From NCBI GenBank assembly GCA_032249135.1, contig JAVVGL010000022.1, forward strand, positions 1-32,818: a stretch of DNA of 32,818 bases. Reading direction: 5' to 3'. The number at the start of each line of letters is the position of its first letter. Position 1 is the first letter of the stretch. Origin of the DNA: Candidatus Calescibacterium sp. GTDB taxonomy: Bacteria; Calescibacteriota; Calescibacteriia; Calescibacteriales; Calescibacteriaceae. Shown here piece by piece: positions 8,897 to 16,734 of the stretch. The position numbers were made by a program, and so were the translations under genes. Below the pieces are notes generated by a model. That model searched no databases, had not been told where the DNA came from, and was given only the letters and a program-made list of their open reading frames with translations.

Positions 8897-11800
8897 ATGT
8901 TCGGTTGGTTTTCTGGAAGGAAATTTTTTTTCGCTCTTACATCTTGTTTTATTTTTACTTCGTTATCTTTTCTGAACTCTTGCAAAAATAAAAACAAGCC
9001 GGAGGGAGAAAAAGACTTTTTTGTCAAAGTTGAACCCCCGGAAGGAACATATCCTCAATATGATACTATGGTTGCTACTATTACCTCAACAAAAGATGCT
9101 CAAATCTGCTACACTATAAGAGAAAAAGATAATCCAGATCCTTGCGAAAGAGAGTATGTTTATAAAATCAAAGTTAAAGCGAATGAACCTGTGACAATTC
9201 CATTTACTCCTGAGTTCAACGAGGGAGCAACAGATGGAGTATTTTATCTGAGGATTTTGGCTACATCAAAAGATGGAGAAAGGTTTATGACTGAAAAATT
9301 TTATAGAATCATCCTCAAACCTTTTATAACCATTAATCCAAAAGGTGGTTTTTATCAGCAAGAAATAACAGTTGCTGTTGGATGTAATAAACCTTGTTTC
9401 CTTTACTACACAACTGATGGAACAGAACCTAAAAAAGAAAGCGCAAAAAAAGAAGAAAATGGCTTTATTCTTCAAGTATCGCAAGATATCAAACTTCAAG
9501 TCTTTGCAGAAGATAAAGAATTGGGTTTAAAATCAGAAATTATAAAGCAAGAATATTTTATAGATAAATCTCCTCCGGAAACATCTGTTTTAGGGATTGA
9601 AAGCTGCAAATGTTTGAGAGGATGTGATAAAAAAATTCCGGATGTTGTAAGGTGTAAAAATCCCATTACTGTGAGTTTGATAGCATCAGATGATAAATCT
9701 CCTACTATTGATATATTTTGGTCAGTAGATGGTTTTCCGCCGTCCGATGATGCAGAAAAGCTTTACCAGGCTGGTGGAAATACTTTCAAAGCTAAAAATT
9801 CAGCAGATGTAGCTATAAAATCTCACACAATTTTGAAGTTCTTCTCAAAAGACATTGCAGGAAACAGGGAAGATATAAAAACTGTAATAGTGCTTATTGG
9901 AGAAACTCCTTTTGCTTACGCTGAACCACCTGGGGGAATTTTCGGTTCTGCCTCAATACCTCTTGAAGTCAAAATTTTTACTATCCCTGAAGATGCTCTG
10001 ATAAGCTATCAGGTGAGTTTCCCAGATGCTACAACAAGCTCATCTGACTCATGTCAATCGCCTTGCAAGATTATATTAGAAAAGGAGGGCAAAAACATTA
10101 TTGTTTTCAGAGCGTATAAGGGAGGGTTGGCAGATCAGCTCCGCAGAGCAGATTTCATATTAGATAAAACTCCACCCCGGGTTTTCTTTGAACCTGCTAA
10201 CTGCTTTTCTGACGCAGGTCCTATTTCAGCTTCAATAAGGTCAGATGAAGAAAAAACAAAAATATTCTGGAAAATATGTGAAAAAGGAACTCCAGGATGC
10301 TCGCTTACTGATTGTAGTCCGAATGCTCCAGATACACTTTCAGGAACGGCACCCGTCACAGGCGTTACCATAGATGTTCCTTCTGATGTCTACTTTTGTG
10401 GAATTGATTTAGCTGGAAATAAATCAGAAATTTCAAAGGTAGAATGTGAAATTTCCGGAAAATATATAGAAGAGTTTGATAACCAAGATAATATGGACGA
10501 TAAAGAAACTACCGCACAGTGGGATAATGGAAAGCTTGTTCTCAAAAAAGATTCCATAACTCAAGATGGGTCGGTTGATACTCAGGGAGCAGGGACTTTG
10601 GAAATAGATGTTGCGGATAAAACCGCATTTTTAGTTGACAGTAACTCCAATCTGAAAATAATAGATATATCAACTCCATCTTCACCGGGGATTATATCGC
10701 AGATTGGGGTGACCTCTGCTGTATCTTTGGCTTTGTGGCATGATGTTCTTTTTGTCCTATCTTCATCTGAACTTTCTGCTTATGATGTATCAAATCGCCG
10801 CTCTCCAAGAAAGATAGGCTCTGCAAATCTATCCGCTGACTTCACCATACCTTCTGGGCAGGCAAATCATATCAAGGTTTGGGGAAAATATATTATAATA
10901 TCTGCCGGGAACCAAGGAGTAGTTATTGTGAAGATAAAACATGATTGGTCTCAATCTTCACGGAGTATAACTTTTGAGAGAGTTGGAGGAATTCAGCCCT
11001 CATCTAATGCAGCCGGTGTATCTTCTCAAAAAATAGATGTGTTTGGGGATCTTGTTGCAGTAGCAGAAAATACAGGTGGATTAAGAATCGTGTCAATTGA
11101 AAAACCATCCTCTCCTATACAAATTACTTCTATATCTGATTTCCTACAAGCTGGTGAGAGAGCTGTTTCTGTTAAATTCTTCTTCCCTTGTGTTGCAGTC
11201 GGGACCAACAACGGAAATTTATATATATTTGATGCGACAAATCCAAGAAAAACAAAACTCATTTCATCTTTGCTCCTTGCTTCTGGGATTCAGATAAACG
11301 ATATTGACCAGTGGGGAATTTTACTTGTTATTTCCGATAATCAAGGAGTGAAATTTGTTGATGTCAGAAATCCGGCAAATCCAGCTTTGCTCTATGATTT
11401 GAGAAGAGGAGGAACTTTATCATCTTTTGTTTATGGTGATAGATTACTTGCAGGCGATATAAATTCTGGTCTTTATATTTACAAAATAGCTGAACCTTTT
11501 GATACTGCTTATGAAATGAAAGTTGTGGAGAATTCAGGAGTAAGGTCGGTTGGACTTTATGGAACTCTTTCGGTTGTCGGAAAAGAAAGCGAAGTAAAAT
11601 TTTTCTTAACGAATAATCCTTTCTCGCCTTCTCATATTACTTCAATAACTGGCTCAAACATAACGGCATTTTCACTGTGGGGAGATAAAGTTGTAGTTGG
11701 TGATGGCACTTTTGTTAAGATTTATTCTTTTCCTCCAACTGATGTGCCAATAAAAGAGGTTGATTTATCTTCTTTGAGGTCCGGGATTTATATTTGGGAG

Positions 11801-12694
11801 ATAGTAAACTGGGGGGATTCAGCAATTGTTGCGGGAGAGAAAGCAGTCTTTTTAGTACCTCTTACAGATATTGAAAATCTCACACCGGATAAAGTTTTGA
11901 AGTTTGAGGGTAGCTATTCAATATACGATGTTGATATTTCAGGTGATATTCTTTTTATTTCTTCAAGGGATTCAAGGGTTATAGCTGTGAGGATTTTAGA
12001 CGGTAGCTTTTCTTTACTTTTAGATAATCTCACTTCTTCTGCTGTATGGGAGATAATTCCTTTCGGAAAATATATAGCGACTGCCCAATCTATATCTGGT
12101 CTGATATTTTACGATATAAGCAGAATAATATTTGGGAGTTTGGCGCAAGTTGGAGCCTCTCCTTTACAAAATGTAATAGGGGTCAGGAACTTTGGATATT
12201 TCAACCTTGTTTTCAGAGGTTCTGGGATATCTCTTGTTGACAACACATATGTAGACCGCCCGCGTGAAGTCTATTCCAAAAGTATAAAAGGTAGTAAAGG
12301 AGAAATCTTCGGAGATATAGCTTTTGTTTTAGATCAAGATGGAAGGGCAAAACTTGTGAGGTTTGCGAGGGGGAAGATGTTTTATCTTTCTGAGTCAAAA
12401 GCTCAAAGTAAAAACTTAACCCCTGACCTCAAAACATCAATAAAAGATGCTCAACTCAGTGCTTATTATTGCGAAACTCAGGACCCGATATGTGATGAAG
12501 TTGGTTGTAATATATCTTTTTCTGTATCAAATAATGGTGGACTTTCCTGGGTTGATATTGTTCCTGGTGCTGAATTTTTCCCATTTGGTTCTACTGGGAC
12601 ATCCCTTATGTGGCGAGCAAAACTCCGCTCACCTGACCCACTCCTTACACCCGAACTTTGCAAACTCACAATAAATTACCGATTCGGAAGATGA
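8897..12694 (+). CDS. Large lipoprotein with chitobiase/Fn3-associated Ig-like stalk and LVIVD-type beta-propeller repeats
   Basis: Lipobox LNSC; PPEGTY, PKGGFY, PPGGIF and YYTTDGTEP (CHB_HEX_C/Fn3_assoc-like); DxAGN Ig motifs; LKIIDISTPSSP, AYDVSNRRSP, FVDVRNPANP (LVIVD-like). Confidence 0.75.
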   Translation: MFGWFSGRKFFFALTSCFIFTSLSFLNSCKNKNKPEGEKDFFVKVEPPEGTYPQYDTMVATITSTKDAQICYTIREKDNPDPCEREYVYKIKVKANEPVTIPFTPEFNEGATDGVFYLRILATSKDGERFMTEKFYRIILKPFITINPKGGFYQQEITVAVGCNKPCFLYYTTDGTEPKKESAKKEENGFILQVSQDIKLQVFAEDKELGLKSEIIKQEYFIDKSPPETSVLGIESCKCLRGCDKKIPDVVRCKNPITVSLIASDDKSPTIDIFWSVDGFPPSDDAEKLYQAGGNTFKAKNSADVAIKSHTILKFFSKDIAGNREDIKTVIVLIGETPFAYAEPPGGIFGSASIPLEVKIFTIPEDALISYQVSFPDATTSSSDSCQSPCKIILEKEGKNIIVFRAYKGGLADQLRRADFILDKTPPRVFFEPANCFSDAGPISASIRSDEEKTKIFWKICEKGTPGCSLTDCSPNAPDTLSGTAPVTGVTIDVPSDVYFCGIDLAGNKSEISKVECEISGKYIEEFDNQDNMDDKETTAQWDNGKLVLKKDSITQDGSVDTQGAGTLEIDVADKTAFLVDSNSNLKIIDISTPSSPGIISQIGVTSAVSLALWHDVLFVLSSSELSAYDVSNRRSPRKIGSANLSADFTIPSGQANHIKVWGKYIIISAGNQGVVIVKIKHDWSQSSRSITFERVGGIQPSSNAAGVSSQKIDVFGDLVAVAENTGGLRIVSIEKPSSPIQITSISDFLQAGERAVSVKFFFPCVAVGTNNGNLYIFDATNPRKTKLISSLLLASGIQINDIDQWGILLVISDNQGVKFVDVRNPANPALLYDLRRGGTLSSFVYGDRLLAGDINSGLYIYKIAEPFDTAYEMKVVENSGVRSVGLYGTLSVVGKESEVKFFLTNNPFSPSHITSITGSNITAFSLWGDKVVVGDGTFVKIYSFPPTDVPIKEVDLSSLRSGIYIWEIVNWGDSAIVAGEKAVFLVPLTDIENLTPDKVLKFEGSYSIYDVDISGDILFISSRDSRVIAVRILDGSFSLLLDNLTSSAVWEIIPFGKYIATAQSISGLIFYDISRIIFGSLAQVGASPLQNVIGVRNFGYFNLVFRGSGISLVDNTYVDRPREVYSKSIKGSKGEIFGDIAFVLDQDGRAKLVRFARGKMFYLSESKAQSKNLTPDLKTSIKDAQLSAYYCETQDPICDEVGCNISFSVSNNGGLSWVDIVPGAEFFPFGSTGTSLMWRAKLRSPDPLLTPELCKLTINYRFGR

Positions 12695-12715
12695 AAAAGT
12701 ATTTTACTCACTCAC

Positions 12716-12871
12716 TTACTTATAAAGGAAAGTTTCAATTTCTTCCAAAAGATTTTTCAGCTCTTTCATCTTTGATTTACCAAACTTGATTTGAACATCC
12801 AATAAAATTGCCTTCTTCAAGCCTTCTTGTTTTTCCTTCTTTAATTCTTTCTCCTAACTTGTTTTTTCCAT
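12716..12871 (-). pseudogene. Degenerate fragment resembling the C-terminal helical domain of Rpn/PD-(D/E)XK nuclease family (DUF4351-like) proteins
   Basis: Manual translation MEKTS*EKELKKEKQEGLKKAILLDVQIKFGKSKMKELKNLLEEIETFLYK*; EG..AIL....KFG pattern, in-frame TAG at codon 6 and early end. Confidence 0.45.
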
Positions 12872-12989
12872 TTTTTTCAAATTAGATTAGAATTTTACTT
12901 ACTTGCAGATAAGTGGTTCTTGGATCTTACTTTATAACAAGATTTTTTAAAATTATGAACTATGCAAAAAATTCCTAAATTAATAAGTT

Positions 12990-13850
12990 ATGTTTTTGTT
13001 TTTTTCTTCTTTTTTGCTATTGCAATTAAGTGTTGGATGGGAAATAATAAAGGTAAACGGAGAGTACATATATATTACAGCCGGAGAAAAAACATTTAAA
13101 ATTTCTTCCCATGACTCCATTCTTACTCAGGTTTCAGATTTTGGTGTTAAATTAGGGAAGAAATCAAGGGTTTTTCTTCAAAGACAAAATGTATTCAAAC
13201 CTACATTATACCTGAAAGTGATTTTAGATGAACAAAGTTCTGCTTTCTTTTCAAAATCCCTGACTTTCTACTACGGTAAGATTTTAGTTGATATGTCTGA
13301 GTTCCAGTCAGAAAAGCAGGTTGCCGAACAAATTATTAGGTTTTACGATGGCTTTCCTTACTATGTTGAATTAATTCGTGGAAAAGTAGTCATTTTGTCT
13401 CTGGATAGAGGATATTTACTCTACTGTATAAAATGTGAGGGAAGTATATGGAGGATCACCGAAGATAGCGCTAATAAATCATATGAAAGTGAATCGTATG
13501 AAGGCGGGGAGGGGGTCAGAAAAAAGAAAGAGAGAGGGTTTGTGGAGAAGGATTTGGTCCCCCGTAAAGTTTTTCTTATATCAAAAGACAAAGTTGAGGA
13601 ATCTTTCGCGGATAACGAACTCTTTTCGCTGTTTGAAGACCTCATAAAAAGGATGGAGAAGGAAAAATTTGCAAAAGACATAATATATTCCGATTCATAT
13701 GATGTTCCTGAACCTATATCGCCGAAAAAAAATAAATTTGAAGAGGCTTCAAAGGAAAATACTGACCTACCTTCGCTCAGGCATTTTATATTAATAGAGC
13801 TCCAGTGTTTGGAACTCAAAAAACAAGGTAAAAATTGCAAAGCAAAATAA
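12990..13850 (+). CDS. Secreted hypothetical protein, possibly FecR-like beta domain
   Basis: Short hydrophobic N-terminus; VKLGKKSRVFL...VILDEQSS...FYYGKILV resembles FecR strands. Confidence 0.55.
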   Translation: MFLFFSSFLLLQLSVGWEIIKVNGEYIYITAGEKTFKISSHDSILTQVSDFGVKLGKKSRVFLQRQNVFKPTLYLKVILDEQSSAFFSKSLTFYYGKILVDMSEFQSEKQVAEQIIRFYDGFPYYVELIRGKVVILSLDRGYLLYCIKCEGSIWRITEDSANKSYESESYEGGEGVRKKKERGFVEKDLVPRKVFLISKDKVEESFADNELFSLFEDLIKRMEKEKFAKDIIYSDSYDVPEPISPKKNKFEEASKENTDLPSLRHFILIELQCLELKKQGKNCKAK

Positions 13851-13876
13851 AAATAAAAAAATAGAAAAAGGAAAAG

Positions 13877-14800
13877 GTGATTGTTGAAACCGAAAAAACG
13901 AACTATCTGAATGATATAGAGAAACTCAAGAAAAGTTTTGAGGATTTTTTGTCGGCGAGGGTTAAATCTGATTTTGGTTCGCTTGATATTTTTGATGCAA
14001 TACAAGCATCCGTTCTTTCAGGTGGAAAAAGGATAAGACCAATAATCACTATACTTATTTCTTCTCTTCTTGGATTGAAAAAAAAGAAAGCCTTTGAGAT
14101 TGCATACTCTATTGAGCTATCCCACGCATTTACCCTGGTGCACGATGATATAATAGACAAACCAAAAGAGAGAAGAGGAGAACCTCCGATTTTCCAAAGA
14201 TTTGGTCAAGAAATATCTTTACTCGTAGGTGATATGCTTATGGTTTATTCTTTCATACCAATATTCTCATCTCCACAAGCTGTAAAGTTTTTTGCCTCTC
14301 ATATGTGCTCAGTAATAGAGGGACAGATACTTGATGTTATGTGGTCGCAGAAAAAGTTAGATTTATCGCTCGATGTAGAAAAATTGGTTATCCAAATTCA
14401 GTCAAAAAAAACTGCATCTTTATTTAAAATAAGTTGTCTATTACCTTTATTATTTTCAGATCAAAAACTATTAGAGAAAAAGGGAATTCGCAAAAAAATA
14501 GAAAATTCTCTCAAATTATTTGCTCTGCATTTTGGAGTATCTTTTCAAATTTTGGATGATATTTACGACCTAAAGGAAGATTTGAGATCTGGGTCTCCTA
14601 ATATCCTTTCTGTTCTCGGGAAAGAAAAAACTCTATCTTTATTCAAAAGAGAAACAGATTGTGCTAAAAGGTATCTTGAAAAATTTCTCCGTATTATATC
14701 TCAACTTTCTTACCGAAACTACGATAAAAACTCAAAATTGTTAAAATTTTTAGTTGAAGATACATTAAACTATGAAAAAGTTATACAAGCTATATCTTGA
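13877..14800 (+). CDS. Short-chain trans-prenyl diphosphate synthase (FPP/GGPP synthase)
   Basis: GGKRIRP, FARM HAFTLVHDDIID, RRG, GQILD, KTASLF, SARM FQILDDIYD. Confidence 0.9.
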   Translation: MIVETEKTNYLNDIEKLKKSFEDFLSARVKSDFGSLDIFDAIQASVLSGGKRIRPIITILISSLLGLKKKKAFEIAYSIELSHAFTLVHDDIIDKPKERRGEPPIFQRFGQEISLLVGDMLMVYSFIPIFSSPQAVKFFASHMCSVIEGQILDVMWSQKKLDLSLDVEKLVIQIQSKKTASLFKISCLLPLLFSDQKLLEKKGIRKKIENSLKLFALHFGVSFQILDDIYDLKEDLRSGSPNILSVLGKEKTLSLFKRETDCAKRYLEKFLRIISQLSYRNYDKNSKLLKFLVEDTLNYEKVIQAIS

Positions 14801-15224
14801 ATTCAAAAAAATATCCGAAGCTCAAAAGAAAAGAGAACTCTTTCTTTTTATGATGAAAAGGAAAGAGAAGGAAAGCGAAATCGCAAGTTTAGAGAACGAA
14901 AAGTCAAAGATTTATTCTGAACTTGAAAAAAATCTCATGGAGGAAGGAATCTCCCCTTTATATATATCTCAATTCCTAAATTATATTAGCGGACTCAGAG
15001 ATGAGAAGAAAAGAAAAGTTGAAGAGCTACGGGAACTTGTTCATCAAGAAGAAATGAAAAGGAGGGAATATATTGATAGTAAAAAAGAAGCTGACCTTGC
15101 CCAAAGGCTATTTTACCGGGTTTTGATGAATGAAATAAACCAAAAAGCTAAACAGCAGGAAAAACTTGCCGATGAAATGGTGCTTATAAGGAAAGCATTT
15201 TCGGAAAACGATGAGAACATATAG
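14772..15224 (+). CDS. fliJ: FliJ-like flagellar export protein
   Basis: 150-aa coiled coil with FLNYISGL and C-terminal QQEKLADE; position upstream of motE/ylxF-fliK-flgD-flgE matches the conserved gene order. Confidence 0.65.
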   Translation: MKKLYKLYLEFKKISEAQKKRELFLFMMKRKEKESEIASLENEKSKIYSELEKNLMEEGISPLYISQFLNYISGLRDEKKRKVEELRELVHQEEMKRREYIDSKKEADLAQRLFYRVLMNEINQKAKQQEKLADEMVLIRKAFSENDENI

Positions 15225-15238
15225 CTGAAAATACTGAA

Positions 15239-16645
15239 ATGAAGGAGAATTTAAAATATAAAAGAGAGAATTTAAAATATGAAAGAAGTTATGAGTTCTC
15301 TTTTAAAATAATATTTTTAGGCGCACTTATTTTATTTTTCTCATCTTTTGTTTCTGCTCAGCAGCAGAAGTCAGAAAAGAAGGATTCGTTTAAGCTTGAT
15401 GGATGTAATGTAATTTTTGACCCTCCTTCTTTGGAAAGGTTTATAGGAACCCTTGAAAAGCGTCTTAATGAAATAAAGTCAAGGGAGAAAGATTTGGTCT
15501 TGCGTGAAGCTTACCTCAAACGTCTTGAAGATGAAATATCTTCAAAACTTGCAGAACTTATCAAGCTCAAAAAGGATATCCAAGCCCTTGAAGATTTGTG
15601 TTCAAATAAAATAAAACAGAAAGAAGAGGAAAAAGTCAAAGCTTTACAAGATCAGAAACTTGCATTTGAAGCTGAACAGAAAAAACTTATCATATCGTAT
15701 GAGAAGAAAATATCAGATGTGATAATGAACTATGAAAAAATGATGAAGGAACTTGAATCAAAATATCAAAAACAAATTCAAGATTACGAAAAGAGATTAA
15801 CACAGGCAAATCAAATTTTAGCAAAAAAGGAGGAAGATTTCAAAAAAAATCTGGAAGAGGTCGTAAAAGGGTATGATAAGGAAAGAGAAAAATTCCAAAA
15901 AGAAATAACAAAAATTATAAGCAATTATGAAAAAGAAATATCTGCCATCAAGAATCAATACGAAAGAAGGATTTCAGATTTAGCTCTCCAATATGAGAGA
16001 AAATTTTCAGATCTCAAGAATCAATATGAGAAGAGAATGTCGGATTTAGTTCTTCAATATGAGAAAAGAATTTCGGATTTAGCTCTTCAATATGAGAAGA
16101 AAGTGAAAGTTATAGAAGACGAAAGAAAAAAGGAGATTGATGAGCTCAAAAATTCTTTCTCGCAGGCTCTATCATCAATAATACAAGGATACGAGAAACA
16201 AATAAATTCTCTCCTTGAAGCTTTAAGACAGAGGGAGGAGGGGAAGAAAATAATTCAGGAACAGAGATCAAAAACTATGGAAGAGGGTGTCAAAAGGATG
16301 GCTCGGATTATTGCAAATTCAACACCCGATGATGCTGTCAAAATTATATTATCTATGAGCGAAGATATTGCTGCTCAGGTTCTCAATTTAGTTGAAGAAA
16401 GAAAAGCTGCGAAAATATTATCTTTGTTACCTCAGGACAAGGCAAAAAAAATCACTGATATTATGTTTGGGATTACACCAAAAGGAGAGGAAAAATTCAA
16501 AAATCCCGAAAGACAAGAAGGTCCCACCCCAAAATTCTTTTCACCTCAGTCCGAGCCAGAAGAAGATATAATGAAGGAAGGAGAAAAGGAGAACAATTTA
16601 TATCAGAAACCTCAAAACAGGGAAAGAAAAAAGCTTGGAATATAG
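15239..16645 (+). CDS. MotE/YlxF/FlbB-like flagellar protein with greatly extended coiled coil and C-terminal MgtE_N-like domain
   Basis: Signal peptide ending VSA; long coiled coil; RMARIIANSTPDDAVKII...AAQVL...RKAAKILSLLPQDKA; located between fliJ and fliK. Confidence 0.75.
   Translation: MKENLKYKRENLKYERSYEFSFKIIFLGALILFFSSFVSAQQQKSEKKDSFKLDGCNVIFDPPSLERFIGTLEKRLNEIKSREKDLVLREAYLKRLEDEISSKLAELIKLKKDIQALEDLCSNKIKQKEEEKVKALQDQKLAFEAEQKKLIISYEKKISDVIMNYEKMMKELESKYQKQIQDYEKRLTQANQILAKKEEDFKKNLEEVVKGYDKEREKFQKEITKIISNYEKEISAIKNQYERRISDLALQYERKFSDLKNQYEKRMSDLVLQYEKRISDLALQYEKKVKVIEDERKKEIDELKNSFSQALSSIIQGYEKQINSLLEALRQREEGKKIIQEQRSKTMEEGVKRMARIIANSTPDDAVKIILSMSEDIAAQVLNLVEERKAAKILSLLPQDKAKKITDIMFGITPKGEEKFKNPERQEGPTPKFFSPQSEPEEDIMKEGEKENNLYQKPQNRERKKLGI
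15245..15280 (+). repeat. 21-bp-period duplication (gagaatttaaaatat x2) at the 5' end of the motE-like gene
   Basis: Copies at 15245-15259 and 15266-15280; encodes ENLKY twice. Confidence 0.85.
15926..16102 (+). repeat. Imperfect 33-bp (11-aa) tandem repeat, about 5.4 units
   Basis: YEKEISAIKNQ / YERRISDLALQ / YERKFSDLKNQ / YEKRMSDLVLQ / YEKRISDLALQ / YEKK. Confidence 0.85.
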
Positions 16646-16668
16646 AACAAAAAAACTTGGAATATAGA
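16634..16668. repeat. 22-bp-period direct repeat cttggaatataga x2 spanning the motE-like stop codon
   Basis: Copies at 16634-16646 and 16656-16668. Confidence 0.85.
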
Positions 16669-16705
16669 TAATTACAAAGGAAAATACTGGGAAAAATTTT
16701 CCCGC

Positions 16706-16721
16706 TGGTACGATGTTTGCA
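16706..16721 (+). promoter_or_regulatory. Sigma54 (RpoN) -24/-12 promoter for fliK-flgD-flgE
   Basis: TGGTACGATGTTTGCA matches TGGCACG-N4-TTGCW with one mismatch and exact GG-N10-GC spacing; sits upstream of hook genes. Confidence 0.85.
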
Positions 16722-16734
16722 TCTTTCAATAGGC

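Noticed and set aside
13421-14005. 194-aa antisense ORF
   Set aside because: Spans two well-supported plus-strand genes; S/F/L-rich antisense shadow
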